A DNA stretch of 64,000 nucleotides. It comes from Candidatus Poribacteria bacterium (GTDB taxonomy: Bacteria > Poribacteria > WGA-4E > WGA-3G). The stretch covers positions 13,260 through 77,259 of the forward strand of contig JAJDZB010000074.1 of NCBI GenBank assembly GCA_022824835.1, written 5' to 3'. The notes beneath the pieces were generated by a model. That model made no database searches. It was not told where the DNA came from and saw nothing but the letters and a program-made list of their open reading frames with translations. Positions 11,710-22,124 of the stretch are shown here, one piece after another. A program made the position numbers and the translations under genes. Each line of letters begins with the position of its first letter. Within the stretch, counting starts at the first letter, position 1.

Positions 11710-12111
11710 ATGTCAATGACTGACCCAATTGCGGATATGTTAACTCGGATACGGAATGCTAATATGGCAGGACATGAGCGTGTTGAGGTGTCTGCGTCAA
11801 AGGTTAAATTGGAGATAGCACGTATTTTGTCAGAAGAAGGTTTCGTCAGAAACTACCGTCTCATTGATGATGGGAAGCAAGGGATCATCCGTATGTATCT
11901 GAAATACGGGGCAAGTAACAAAGAAAAAGCTATTACCGATCTGAAACGTATCAGCAAGCCTGGGAGGCGCGTTTACGCAAAATCAGACAAATTGCCGAGA
12001 GTTTTTGGTGATCTCGGGATAGCTATCCTATCGACATCAGACGGGGTAAAGACCTCATTGGAATGTCGACGGGCCAAAGTCGGCGGCGAAGTCCTCTGCT
12101 ATGTCTGGTAA
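11710..12111 (+). CDS. rpsH: 30S ribosomal protein S8
   Basis: [20 protein letters not shown].. is the S8 N-terminus. It is the internal ATG of the 11626 track ORF. Confidence 0.9.
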   Translation: MSMTDPIADMLTRIRNANMAGHERVEVSASKVKLEIARILSEEGFVRNYRLIDDGKQGIIRMYLKYGASNKEKAITDLKRISKPGRRVYAKSDKLPRVFGDLGIAILSTSDGVKTSLECRRAKVGGEVLCYVW

Positions 12112-12170
12112 TCATACGTATAAGAAAACAAGCATACCTGCAAGTTGAAATTGTAGATTGGAGATATAGA

Positions 12171-12737
12171 ATGTCACGCATTGGACAGATACCGATTCCA
12201 ATTCCGAGTTCGGTGAAAGTTGATTTGAGCGATAGTGGCGTTGAGGTAGAAGGCCCCAAAGGCAAATTGAATTGGGTGATCCCGAATGGAATTGGTGCGA
12301 ATATAGAAGACAATGTTATCACATTAACCCGCCAGAGTGATAGGAAACAACAGAAAGCCTTACACGGTTTGGCCCGTAGTCTTATCGCAAATATGGTTGA
12401 GGGTGTATCTGAAGGTTTTGAGAAGAAACTACGCGTTGTAGGAACAGGGTACCGAGCTGAAGTCAATCGTCAGAACGTACTTACGCTTGATGTAGGGTAT
12501 TCACACACTGTGACGTACACGCCTCCTGAAGGCATTACGTTGACTGTTGACCAATCGGAAAATATTGATGGTCAGACACATATTCCAATTGTAGTTAGCG
12601 GTATTGATAAACAGGTTGTCGGACAGGTTGCTGCTTCTATCCGTCAAATAAAGAAACCTGAAACCTATAAACCTTGCAAAGGGATACGGTACGAAGGTGA
12701 GCGTGTAAGAGATAAAGAGGGCAAAGTTGCTGGTTAA
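12171..12737 (+). CDS. rplF: 50S ribosomal protein L6
   Basis: MSRIGQIPIPIPSSVKVDLS.. is L6-like, the internal start of the 12063 track ORF. Confidence 0.9.
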   Translation: MSRIGQIPIPIPSSVKVDLSDSGVEVEGPKGKLNWVIPNGIGANIEDNVITLTRQSDRKQQKALHGLARSLIANMVEGVSEGFEKKLRVVGTGYRAEVNRQNVLTLDVGYSHTVTYTPPEGITLTVDQSENIDGQTHIPIVVSGIDKQVVGQVAASIRQIKKPETYKPCKGIRYEGERVRDKEGKVAG

Positions 12738-12813
12738 TTTATCTGAAAATAGGAAAATAGACAGGTCGTTTTGCTAAATATAACGTTGAATGTTAGTTAC
12801 GGGAGGTTTTCCG

Positions 12814-13197
12814 TTGGATAAGGCGAAGAGAAAACAGTTCAGTTATCTACGACGAAAGAAGAGAGTGCGTCGCAAGATTAATGGGACAATAGAACGTCCT
12901 AGGCTTGCTGTAAATAGAAGTTTAAAGCATATATATGCACAAATAATTGATGATGAGAACGGCGAAACATTGGTTCATGCCTCAAGTTTGTCTCCAGAAG
13001 TGAGGGGAAATACTGCTGATAGTGGGGATAGTCCCAGTGGGAAGATAGAAATTGCCCAGAACGTCGGTCAACTCATCGCTCAGAAGGCAAAAGAACAAAA
13101 CATTGAGGGAGTCATTTTCGACCGGGCTGGTTATCTATATCACGGACGAATTAAAGCTCTCGCAGAAGCTGCAAGAGAAGGCGGGCTTAAGTTTTAA
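12814..13197 (+). CDS. rplR: 50S ribosomal protein L18
   Basis: TTG behind GGGAGG; ..[31 protein letters not shown].. is L18-like. Confidence 0.85.
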   Translation: MDKAKRKQFSYLRRKKRVRRKINGTIERPRLAVNRSLKHIYAQIIDDENGETLVHASSLSPEVRGNTADSGDSPSGKIEIAQNVGQLIAQKAKEQNIEGVIFDRAGYLYHGRIKALAEAAREGGLKF

Positions 13198-13229
13198 AAC
13201 TGCCCTAAAGTTCTTGAGAGGAGATATTT

Positions 13230-13760
13230 TTGCAAAAAGAAAGAATTAATCCTGACGATTATGAATTTGAAGAAAGACCTATACATGTTAATCGGGTAAT
13301 GCGTGTTGGGAAGGGAAGAAGAACACCGAGTTTCAATACACTTTCTGTTGTAGGCAATCGTGATGGCATTGTTGGGATCGGATTTGGGAGTGCGAGTGAA
13401 ATTTCTGGTGCTTTGCGTAAGAGTTTTGCTGATGCCCGGAAAAACCTGATTCGGGTGCCCTTGACCGGTGGCACACTTCCCCATGAAATCATTTGTGAGT
13501 TTAAGTCAGCGAAGGTTTTGCTAAAACCAGCTCGTCCTGGTACAGGCATCATTGCTGGTCATGCCACGCGTGCGATATTAGAACATGCGGGTGTCCGTGA
13601 TGCGCTGACCAAATGCTTGTCTTCAAGAAATGTCAAGAATATAGCAGAGGCAACGATGATCGGTCTGAAGAGTCTCAAAGATGTTAATGAAGTCGCGCGA
13701 ATTCGCGGCAAAACGGTAGATGAACTATTTCATAAACACACCAACAATTCTGATAGTTGA
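13230..13760 (+). CDS. rpsE: 30S ribosomal protein S5
   Basis: TTG start behind GAGAGG; ..HVNRVMRVGKGRR..GIVGIGFGSASE.. is S5-like. Confidence 0.9.
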   Translation: MQKERINPDDYEFEERPIHVNRVMRVGKGRRTPSFNTLSVVGNRDGIVGIGFGSASEISGALRKSFADARKNLIRVPLTGGTLPHEIICEFKSAKVLLKPARPGTGIIAGHATRAILEHAGVRDALTKCLSSRNVKNIAEATMIGLKSLKDVNEVARIRGKTVDELFHKHTNNSDS

Positions 13761-13796
13761 GCTTACGCAATCATACCTTAAGGAACAATAGAATCG

Positions 13797-14243
13797 ATGA
13801 AACTTAACGAACTCAAACCTGCTCCGGGGTCAAAACGGAAACGAAAACGTGTTGGACGCGGCCGGGGGTCAGGATATGGCGGTACTTGTGGACGTGGTCA
13901 TAAAGGACAGAAATCTCGCTCTGGCGGGTCAATACCTGCTTGGTTTGAAGGTGGACAGATGCCTTTAGTCAGGAGGGTACCGAAGCGGGGACCTCGCAGA
14001 CTTGGACATAAACGTTTGGTCTACGATGTTGTTAATATAAAAACGTTAAACTTATTTGATGAGGCGGCAGAGGTGAATCCTGAGTTGCTTCGCAAAGTCG
14101 GTATTATAAAAAAGAAAAATGCCCGTATTAAAATACTCGGGGATGGTGAGTTAGATAAACAATTAAAAGTGCGTGCACACAAGTTCTCAAAATCTGCAAT
14201 TGAGAAAATTGAAGCAAAAGGTGGCACAGTTGAGGTGATATAA
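13797..14243 (+). CDS. rplO: 50S ribosomal protein L15
   Basis: MKLNELKPAPGSKRKRKRVGRGRGSGYGGT.. is L15-like. It directly follows S5, with no L30 gene between them. Confidence 0.93.
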   Translation: MKLNELKPAPGSKRKRKRVGRGRGSGYGGTCGRGHKGQKSRSGGSIPAWFEGGQMPLVRRVPKRGPRRLGHKRLVYDVVNIKTLNLFDEAAEVNPELLRKVGIIKKKNARIKILGDGELDKQLKVRAHKFSKSAIEKIEAKGGTVEVI

Positions 14244-15593
14244 GTGATTAAGCCTATACAAAACGCTTTTAAGATTCCTGAATTGCGTAAACGGATTATT
14301 TTTTCTATTCTACTCCTAATCGTTTATAGACTTGGTGCCCACATTACATTACCGGGGATTGATGATGCTGCCTTAGCAATATTTTTTGATGAACTCACGA
14401 AGCGAACCGGGGATGTGCTTGCTCTGATTAATATTTTTTCGGGTGGTGCATTTAGTCAGATGACGATCTTCGCTCTGGGTATTCAACCTTATATCAGTGC
14501 TGCTATTATTATGCAGCTGCTTCCCATGCTTATCCCCTCACTTGAAAGGCTCTCTAAGGAACCGGATGGCAGAAAAAAGATTACACAATATACGCGTTAC
14601 GGCACTGTGTTACTCAGTATTGTGCAAGGGATTACGATTACTGTTTTGTTGAGAAATCCGGGGAATTTAGGTGTTGGTGAGCATACAATCGTCCATAATC
14701 CGACTGTCTGGTGGCACATATTGACCGTCATAACCTTAACCGCAGGTACTGCCTTCGTGATGTGGCTTGGTGAACAGATTACCGAACGCGGTATTGGTCA
14801 AGGCATATCAATTATTATCACTGTTGGTATTATGGCAGGTTTCCCGAGTGGTGTATATACAGTCGGTAATAGTCTGATAAATGATACAAATGTTGGACTT
14901 TTGCATCTCGTGATATTAATCGCACTCATTGTCATTGCTGTGGGGGGTACTATTTTCATACACCTGTCAGTACGCAAAATTCCGGTTCAATACGGAAGGC
15001 AAATTCGAGGTGGAAAAGTATATGGGGGACGTGCAATGCATCTACCTTTACGGGTTAACACCGCAGGCATGATTCCTATTATCTTTGCTATCTACATAAT
15101 GATGTTTCCGGGATTTCTGATTGGAATCTTACCAGCGGATTGGGAATGGGTACAAACTTTGGCAGGTCTCATGGATCCGAGTAACCCATCCATAATGTAT
15201 CTTACCATTTATGCGTTGTTGATTATAGGATTCACTTATTTCTACACTGCTGTACAGATCAACCCGGTTGATATGGCTGAGAACTTACAGAAAAATGGTG
15301 GTTTCATACCTGGACTACGACCCGGTAAACAGACAGCCGACTATATTAATACAACATTGACTCGGATAACCCTTCCGGGTGCTCTGTTTCTTGCGGGGAT
15401 TTCTGTGATCCCAATTTTTATTACCAGTCGGCTAGGACAAGGTCAGTTCGGGGGCATGGTGGAAGGCGCGTCTATTTTGATTGTTGTAGGTGTTGTGTTG
15501 GATACAGTTTCACAAATTGAATCTTACTTGACAATGCGACACTATGATGGATTCTTGAAGGATAGACGACTCAAGGGACGTAGAGGAAGATAA
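14244..15593 (+). CDS. secY: protein translocase subunit SecY
   Basis: 449 aa with 10 predicted TM segments. GTG start; the secY position in the spc operon. Confidence 0.93.
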   Translation: MIKPIQNAFKIPELRKRIIFSILLLIVYRLGAHITLPGIDDAALAIFFDELTKRTGDVLALINIFSGGAFSQMTIFALGIQPYISAAIIMQLLPMLIPSLERLSKEPDGRKKITQYTRYGTVLLSIVQGITITVLLRNPGNLGVGEHTIVHNPTVWWHILTVITLTAGTAFVMWLGEQITERGIGQGISIIITVGIMAGFPSGVYTVGNSLINDTNVGLLHLVILIALIVIAVGGTIFIHLSVRKIPVQYGRQIRGGKVYGGRAMHLPLRVNTAGMIPIIFAIYIMMFPGFLIGILPADWEWVQTLAGLMDPSNPSIMYLTIYALLIIGFTYFYTAVQINPVDMAENLQKNGGFIPGLRPGKQTADYINTTLTRITLPGALFLAGISVIPIFITSRLGQGQFGGMVEGASILIVVGVVLDTVSQIESYLTMRHYDGFLKDRRLKGRRGR

Positions 15594-15672
15594 TCAGTTT
15601 ATAGATTTTAACAATGTCGTGTAAAATATTAAAAACAAGCGATACCGAAGTCAAGAATTTGGAAGGCTCATT

Positions 15673-15789
15673 ATGAAAGTTCGACCCTCTGTCAAGAAAA
15701 TGTGTAACCGATGTAAAATCATTAAGAGAAAAGGTGTTGTCCGCGTTATTTGTCCTTCAAATCCGAAGCACAAACAGCGACAAGGATAA
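15673..15789 (+). CDS. rpmJ: 50S ribosomal protein L36
   Basis: Found by reading the sequence; it is under 60 aa and so missing from the ORF track. [38 protein letters not shown], the L36 zinc-ribbon. Confidence 0.9.
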   Translation: MKVRPSVKKMCNRCKIIKRKGVVRVICPSNPKHKQRQG

Positions 15790-15816
15790 CCATATACCGC
15801 ATACAAGGAGATTCGT

Positions 15817-16212
15817 ATGGCACGTATAGCAGGGGTGGATCTACCCCGTACGAAACGGATTGATATTGCTTTGACTGCTATTTATGGCATTGGTCGTTAT
15901 ACTGCATCTAAGATCGTAAACGACCTGAACATCGATCCTGCTACAAAGGTTGATGCTTTAGCCGAAAACGAAGTCAGTCAGCTCAGAGATATGATCAATG
16001 AAGATTATAAAGTTGAAGGTGATCTTCGGCGTGAAGTTGATCAAAACATAAAACGTCTTATGGATATAAACAGTTATCGCGGATTACGGCACCGGCGGCA
16101 GTTACCCGTGCGAGGACAGCGGACAAATACGAATGCTCGTACAAGGAAAGGTAAAGCACGCACGATTTCTGTCGGTAGAAAAGCAAAAGAGGCAGCACGT
16201 AAAGGTGGTTGA
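15817..16212 (+). CDS. rpsM: 30S ribosomal protein S13
   Basis: [20 protein letters not shown].., 131 aa. Confidence 0.95.
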   Translation: MARIAGVDLPRTKRIDIALTAIYGIGRYTASKIVNDLNIDPATKVDALAENEVSQLRDMINEDYKVEGDLRREVDQNIKRLMDINSYRGLRHRRQLPVRGQRTNTNARTRKGKARTISVGRKAKEAARKGG

Positions 16213-16259
16213 TACACAAATATCCACAGAGGTGCTTACGAACATAAAGGAGATAAAGA

Positions 16260-16631
16260 TTGCGTTCACGAAGACGGGAACGAAAGAATGTGCCTGAAGG
16301 TATTGCACATATCCAGGCAACTTTCAATAATACAATAGTGACGATTACCGATCTTAACGGCAATACGATAGCGTGGGCGAGTGCGGGGATGACGTTCCCT
16401 GGTTCTCGGAAGTCGACGCCTTTCGCTGCTCAGCAGACAGCTGAAGCATGTGCAAGAAAAGCGATGGAACACGGTATGAAAAGGGTTGAGGTGAGAGTTA
16501 AAGGGCCCGGTTCAGGCAGAGAGTCGTCAATTCGTGCACTCGCTGCTGCGGGATTAGAAATCACTTTAATGAAAGATATGACACCCATTCCACACAATGG
16601 ATGTCGTCCACCCAAAAGGCGACGGGTGTAA
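16260..16631 (+). CDS. rpsK: 30S ribosomal protein S11
   Basis: TTG behind AAGGAG; ..[22 protein letters not shown].. is S11-like. Confidence 0.93.
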   Translation: MRSRRRERKNVPEGIAHIQATFNNTIVTITDLNGNTIAWASAGMTFPGSRKSTPFAAQQTAEACARKAMEHGMKRVEVRVKGPGSGRESSIRALAAAGLEITLMKDMTPIPHNGCRPPKRRRV

Positions 16632-16643
16632 ACAAGGAGGAAT

Positions 16644-17276
16644 ATGAGTAGGTATTTAGGGTCTGTCTGTAAGTTGTGCCGCAGAGAGGGTGAGAAACTT
16701 TTTCTCAAGGGACGTAGGTGTCTTGGACCGAAATGTTCCTTTGAACGGAGAAGTTATCCTCCTGGTGACCATGGACAGAAACCGCCAACACGCGTCCGGA
16801 GTGAATTCAGACGGCAATTACGTACTAAACAGAAAGCAAAAAGAACTTACGGTGTTTATGAGAAACAGTTCCGAAACTACTATTTTAAAGCAGCACGTCA
16901 AACTGGTATTACCGGCGAAAATCTAATTGCCTTGCTTGAACGCAGGTTAGATAATGTTGTGTATCGGCTTGGGTTTGCCACTTCACGTAAACAAGCCAGA
17001 CAATTGGTGAAACATAATCACTTTACTGTCAATGGGAAACGTGTCAATATCCCTTCGTATTTAGTTGACGTTGGCGATGTGATTACACCACGGGAAAAGA
17101 GTCGTGAAAATATAACGATTCAGGAAGCATTAGAGTTTTCCAAACAACGTGGTGCCCCGGAGTGGCTTGAAATTGATTCTGAGAAACCTGAAGGACGAGT
17201 GCAAGGAGCCCCTGTGGTTGAGCAGATCGCTGCAGAGTTAGACACACAACTCATTATTGAATTATACTCTAAGTAA
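16644..17276 (+). CDS. rpsD: 30S ribosomal protein S4
   Basis: MSRYLGSVCKLCRREGEKLFLKGRRC.. is S4 with its zinc-ribbon. Confidence 0.95.
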   Translation: MSRYLGSVCKLCRREGEKLFLKGRRCLGPKCSFERRSYPPGDHGQKPPTRVRSEFRRQLRTKQKAKRTYGVYEKQFRNYYFKAARQTGITGENLIALLERRLDNVVYRLGFATSRKQARQLVKHNHFTVNGKRVNIPSYLVDVGDVITPREKSRENITIQEALEFSKQRGAPEWLEIDSEKPEGRVQGAPVVEQIAAELDTQLIIELYSK

Positions 17277-17570
17277 TTCTGACCAGACTATTGGATAGTC
17301 CAGACTAAATATGTAGGTCGGGTTGAGGAACGAAACCCGACACGTAATGATTGTGTCTATCATGTTGGGTTTCGCTTCGCTCAATCCAACCTACAAGTTT
17401 AACTTGGACTGTCCACTATGCCTCTTGACTGAAATTTTGATCTTTTAAGATCGAAACTTTAAGAGGCATTTGAATTGTTCTCTTAGTTCCTTACTGTCCT
17501 TGAAACGTTACTGGACACAGATAGTTTGACTCTGTAATGAAAAACAACTTATGCCTATAGGAGGAAATTG

Positions 17571-18563
17571 ATGAATAGGTTGCATTTAACAATGCCCGAA
17601 CGTCTGGTAGCTGATACAGAAACATTACTGCCTAACTATGCAAAATACACTGCTGAACCGCTGGAACGCGGGTTCGGTACGACTCTTGGTAATTCGCTTC
17701 GTCGAGTACTTCTCTCCTCAATAAAGGGAGCTGCCATCACCGCGATTCAGATTGATCAGGTGAAACATGAATATTCCACTATACCAGGAATCGTTGAAGA
17801 TGTAGTGCAAATTATTCTAAACCTAAAGGCGATTCGTTTTCGAGTTCATGATGAAGATTCGTTGGTTCTGGAATTGACCGCGGATGGTTCTGGAGAATTG
17901 ACTGCAGCAGATATTCGACCTAATTCACTTGTAGAAATAATTAACCCTGATCAACACGTAGCAACTTTAGATAAGTGTCAAGGGATTGATATGAAAATAA
18001 GGGTGCAGGCAGGACGCGGGTTCTCATTGGCAGAAGAACATCGTGATCCTAAGCAACCTATCGGTTGGATTCCTGTTGATGCGAAGTTTTCACCTGTTGA
18101 AAAAGTTAACTTTGCGGTGCAAGAAACACGAGTTGGTGATATGACAAATTTTGATCAACTCAACCTTGAAATCTGGACGGATGGGAGTATTACACCAAAA
18201 CTTGCGCTGACACAAGCTGCCGAAATTATTAGAGATCAGCTTGACATTTTCACAGAATTTGATGAAAGTTATGTTGAACCAGAAATTGAATATGATGAAG
18301 CGAAAGAGTTGAGAAACAGATACTTGTCTAAACCCGTTGCTGACCTTGAACTCTCTGTCCGTGCGGGGAACTGTCTTGAAACTGCTAAGATAAAAACGAT
18401 CCGTGAACTTGTCGTCAAAACTGAAAAAGAGATGTTGGAGTATAAGAATTTTGGCAAGACATCTCTGAATGAAATCAAAGATCAACTTGCTAACATGGGT
18501 TTGACTCTCAATATGGATTTGGATGACGAAGAGAGTGACACGGATGAGGAGGAAACAGAATAA
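17571..18563 (+). CDS. rpoA: DNA-directed RNA polymerase subunit alpha
   Basis: ATG 17571 sits behind AGGAGG. The protein has the NTD plus an alpha-CTD (..[15 protein letters not shown]..), about 330 aa. Confidence 0.93.
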   Translation: MNRLHLTMPERLVADTETLLPNYAKYTAEPLERGFGTTLGNSLRRVLLSSIKGAAITAIQIDQVKHEYSTIPGIVEDVVQIILNLKAIRFRVHDEDSLVLELTADGSGELTAADIRPNSLVEIINPDQHVATLDKCQGIDMKIRVQAGRGFSLAEEHRDPKQPIGWIPVDAKFSPVEKVNFAVQETRVGDMTNFDQLNLEIWTDGSITPKLALTQAAEIIRDQLDIFTEFDESYVEPEIEYDEAKELRNRYLSKPVADLELSVRAGNCLETAKIKTIRELVVKTEKEMLEYKNFGKTSLNEIKDQLANMGLTLNMDLDDEESDTDEEETE

Positions 18564-18964
18564 TGCGTCACAGAAAACGCGGCAGAAAACTGGGCCGTAC
18601 TACAAGCCATAGAAAGGCACTTTTCCGTAATCAAGCCACTGCGCTGTTTGAACATGAGCAGATCCGGACGACGCTTCACAAATGTAAAGAACTTCGCCGC
18701 GTAGCAGAAAAGCTTATTACGCTTGCCAAGGAAGATTCTGTACATAGTCGTCGTCGTGCAGCTCGAATGTTATATGGTGCAAAATTGCACTATAAACCGC
18801 CACGTGGTGAATCTGCTGCTATTCAAAAACACGCTGTGCTTCAGAAACTTTTTGAGGATATTGCCCCTCGCTATCTTGACCGTAATGGCGGTTATACGCG
18901 AATTATTCGGGGTGAACTCAGACGCGGGGACGGTGCCCAGATGGCTTATATTCAGCTTGTTTAA
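18563..18964 (+). CDS. rplQ: 50S ribosomal protein L17
   Basis: [20 protein letters not shown].. Its ATG overlaps the rpoA TAA stop by 1 nt. Confidence 0.95.
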   Translation: MRHRKRGRKLGRTTSHRKALFRNQATALFEHEQIRTTLHKCKELRRVAEKLITLAKEDSVHSRRRAARMLYGAKLHYKPPRGESAAIQKHAVLQKLFEDIAPRYLDRNGGYTRIIRGELRRGDGAQMAYIQLV

Positions 18965-19022
18965 TTCTATAAACATATCGTCCCTACGGGACTGAAGAGG
19001 GTGCGATAAGGATATCGCACCT
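18963..19022. terminator. Pair of hairpins (REP-like GTCCCTACGGGAC element, then GGTGCGATAAGGATATCGCACC) right after rplQ. Probably the operon terminator.
   Basis: Two perfect inverted repeats seen right after the rplQ stop. The first belongs to a repeat family also found at 26946-27068 and 34853-34974. Confidence 0.45.
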
Positions 19023-19054
19023 ACCGTGCTGAGAACCTTTCTAAGCTGTCCTGA

Positions 19055-20335
19055 CTAAAACCGATATGCAGCAGACACGAAAAAGCGGTGTGTATTGCGT
19101 GTAGTTGTCAATTCGTTCCGATACTGCTGCCAATTACCCCACATATATGCGACGTCAAATTTTACAGATTCTTCAAAAATTTTACCGACACCGAATGTGA
19201 AGAAATCCCGCTCATTCTCAATTTCTGAATCAGCAAATGGGATTTCGTCTCGAAAATAACCCAGACGCAGATATGTAGCGACCTCTGGAATCAGGAATTC
19301 AGCACCTAACCTTGTTTGTATAGTTGTCGTATAATATTCCTCAAAGTAATTGACGTCAATGTCACCTGCGGCTGCAGGATCGTATCGCGTCTGCCGCCAG
19401 TCTGTTAACTGCACATCACCCGCTAACACTAACCGCTTTTCAAACAGTTTCAGCGCGATACCTGTACCAATCTCAAAAGGTCTCTCAATATCATAAGAAT
19501 AAGCACCATTTTCTGGATCAGATGCCTCCTCACCATCATCATATAAGACTGTCGTATACTCACGCCAGAATTCATCAACGGTTATTTCTGTCGGTGCGAC
19601 TAAGGTTATACCGAGGTTGACGATTTCCTCAAAGGTTGCCAGTATTCCAATCCTACCCCCAACCCCTGAAAAGTTTCGTTCAATTTCATCGTCAAAACTG
19701 AACCGTGATAATTGGCTATCAGCATTCAGTGTATCTGTTGCTGTTGCAACCAAGTCATTTTGAATGTCGCCAGTCCAGTAGTCTATTGAACCACCGATTA
19801 AGAAGTTTCTACTGACATATACACTTCCGCCAAAACTCCAGATACCTATGCCGCCCGAATTGATATTGCTTTCATTGACATATAGACCGCTGAAATTATT
19901 GCCTCTACTTGGGTCAACGCCTTGAATCAGTGTCTGGAAGTCAAAATTTTGAGGACGATTATACCCGAAAGCAATCGCAAGTCCCCCCTGTTCCGTATAG
20001 AAAGGATATACAATCCCAACAGAATTGGGGCGTACCCGGGAACGACTTGTACCGATTACCGCTTCGTTTGTGAATGAACTGTCTGTAATTGCAGTGTTAT
20101 GTGAAAAACTCGTGAAAAGTTCAAACTTCTGTATCTGTGCTATTCCCGCTGGATTCCAGTATAATGCGGTGAAGTCATCTGCGATACCGAGGGAGGCGCC
20201 CCCCATTCCCATAGACCGTGCACCTATTCCAAAAGTATTACCAACCACCAATTCCTCTGCCTGTCCTAAACACACACCCGTGATTAGACCGGTGAGAAGG
20301 ATAGAGAGAAATAAGATATAAATAGATCGTCGCAT
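19055..20335 (-). CDS. FadL/TodX/OmpP1-family outer-membrane beta-barrel protein
   Basis: Signal peptide MRRSIYILFLSILLTG... The N-terminal G..ARSMGMGGASLGIADDFTALYWNPAGIA resembles the FadL-family hatch motif. The C-terminal residue is F (..AAYRF), typical of OMPs. Confidence 0.6.
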   Translation of the reverse strand: MRRSIYILFLSILLTGLITGVCLGQAEELVVGNTFGIGARSMGMGGASLGIADDFTALYWNPAGIAQIQKFELFTSFSHNTAITDSSFTNEAVIGTSRSRVRPNSVGIVYPFYTEQGGLAIAFGYNRPQNFDFQTLIQGVDPSRGNNFSGLYVNESNINSGGIGIWSFGGSVYVSRNFLIGGSIDYWTGDIQNDLVATATDTLNADSQLSRFSFDDEIERNFSGVGGRIGILATFEEIVNLGITLVAPTEITVDEFWREYTTVLYDDGEEASDPENGAYSYDIERPFEIGTGIALKLFEKRLVLAGDVQLTDWRQTRYDPAAAGDIDVNYFEEYYTTTIQTRLGAEFLIPEVATYLRLGYFRDEIPFADSEIENERDFFTFGVGKIFEESVKFDVAYMWGNWQQYRNELTTTRNTHRFFVSAAYRF

Positions 20336-20380
20336 TTTGTAGTTCTCCTTTGTTTTTCTAAGTTTTCACTTTATCTATTT

Positions 20381-20959
20381 TCAGTTTTGAGAACGTCGTC
20401 TGAGTCGTTCAGAACGGGGGTTAGATGATGTTACACTCCGTGAAGCACGTGAACGCCGGTACTCAGTTCGATTGCCTTTTGAGACTGTACCTCTATTGTA
20501 AGTACCCCCACGGTAAGCGGGATAATATGTTCTACCGTAATACCCACCAGCGTAACGATAAGGGGAATAATTTCTATAATAAGGGTAATATGGTGAATAA
20601 TACCCATATCCATATCCGTAGTACCAGGGATTCGGGTGATAGTATGCATAGGGATAATGATAATATGGATACGAGGCATAAGGGATCGTGTAGGACCTGT
20701 AGGTATCTCTTTTGGCATATCCGTAGTTTGATTTTCGCTGTCCATAATACCCATTAGATTCGCCAGCGTCCTTTTTCACCTCTGCCTTTTTCACATCTGA
20801 ATGGGAATCATGTTCTATACTCTCCTCAGTTTCCTTAACCTGTTGGATATGTTTCTTATTGCCAGGCATGGGTTCAAAATAACTGAGTTTTGTATAACAT
20901 CCAACAATCGTTAGTACTGCCAAGAGTAAAGGTAGAATCAATATAGGTTTTAACTTCAT
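20381..20959 (-). CDS. Lipoprotein with an extremely Tyr/Pro/Gly-rich low-complexity C-terminal half
   Basis: Signal peptide with lipobox (..LTIVGC). Residues ~75-150 are about 40% Tyr (YGYGYGYYSPYYPYYRNYSPYRYAGGYYGRTYYPAYRGG). Confidence 0.6.
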   Translation of the reverse strand: MKLKPILILPLLLAVLTIVGCYTKLSYFEPMPGNKKHIQQVKETEESIEHDSHSDVKKAEVKKDAGESNGYYGQRKSNYGYAKRDTYRSYTIPYASYPYYHYPYAYYHPNPWYYGYGYGYYSPYYPYYRNYSPYRYAGGYYGRTYYPAYRGGTYNRGTVSKGNRTEYRRSRASRSVTSSNPRSERLRRRSQN

Positions 20960-21215
20960 TTTTCAATCTCCTTAAAACGAAGGATACTGTTGAATATTTT
21001 AACACAATCCATTCTTGAATTTCCATATATTTTGATCAAGACTTACGCATTCCCCCTTGATAAGGGGGGTTAGGGGGGTTAAATGGTGCGCTATTTCAGT
21101 GTTTTTAGTCTTTTTAACCCCCTAAATCCCCCTTATCAAGGGGACTTTAAGAGAAAATGCGTAAGTCCTGTTGATTTTACTTGTCGGCAGTATATGGACA
21201 TGCTAAACTGACACT

Positions 21216-22124
21216 ATGAGAGTATTCATTCAAATTAGTTATGGTGTCATCGTTGCACTTATTGTTTCAGTTGGTTGTATCTGGCATATTGGGAGTTTCG
21301 GTGAAGCACGTCATACTATCAGCATCATCGGTGCAATTGCGATTTTTGTTGCAGGTCTATATCTTCTCAGAAGTCGTTGGATACGTTGGGGTAGTCGGCA
21401 GCTCTGGTTAAAATATCACCAGCGGTTAGCGTCGATGGGGTTATGTCTTGTACTGCTTCACTCTGCATTTCAACCGCTTACTTGGCATTCTTGGTTAACG
21501 TTTCTGCTTGCGTTGTCCAATTTAGGAACTGGCATAGCTGTTAGTCTTACTGCGAAGCAGACGCGTCAGATACTGCTCCGTTGTCATCTATTCCTTGCCC
21601 CTGTTTTGTTAATAAGTATCGTTTTTCACGGACAAGCCAAACTTGAGCATGATGCGTTCTTTCCTCTCACGGAGGTTCACGCTATTCCCTGTGCAAAATG
21701 TCATCCATCTGATCCGTTACTGTTTCGTCTTGATTCAACGTCTGTTCAGTCAGAATTGTTTACAGTGGGAACTATTCCCGAAGAGATTGGGTGGTGGTTT
21801 GAACAACACGATACCAAGTTATCTCAATCAGCAAGAGTTTTTACTAAAGGTCAAGATAGAAGGTGGAAAGTTAAGGACGTTGATAATCGTCGTGATTATC
21901 ATATAAAGCAAGAAGATGACAAGATGGCATTCTATGCTGATAACGTATATCGCAGTTACACATGTATTACCTGCCATGAACATAATACACCGGAGCTCCA
22001 ATTAGCGCACGAATTGCATGGTGTGCTTGATTTTCATAGATGTCTTGTGTGTCATCAAACAGAGATAGATGGTACTCGCTACGGCAGACAACGTGTCAAT
22101 TGGGATTATGATCCAAATTGGTAA
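21216..22124 (+). CDS. Membrane-anchored triheme c-type cytochrome
   Basis: About 4 N-terminal TM helices, then three CxxCH motifs (CAKCH, CITCH, CLVCH). Confidence 0.65.
   Translation: MRVFIQISYGVIVALIVSVGCIWHIGSFGEARHTISIIGAIAIFVAGLYLLRSRWIRWGSRQLWLKYHQRLASMGLCLVLLHSAFQPLTWHSWLTFLLALSNLGTGIAVSLTAKQTRQILLRCHLFLAPVLLISIVFHGQAKLEHDAFFPLTEVHAIPCAKCHPSDPLLFRLDSTSVQSELFTVGTIPEEIGWWFEQHDTKLSQSARVFTKGQDRRWKVKDVDNRRDYHIKQEDDKMAFYADNVYRSYTCITCHEHNTPELQLAHELHGVLDFHRCLVCHQTEIDGTRYGRQRVNWDYDPNW

Noticed and set aside
20425-20757. ORFs 20425-20757(+) and 20431-20754(-) overlapping the Tyr-rich lipoprotein gene.
   Set aside because: Frames through the low-complexity Tyr-codon region. The lipoprotein frame alone has a signal peptide and lipobox.
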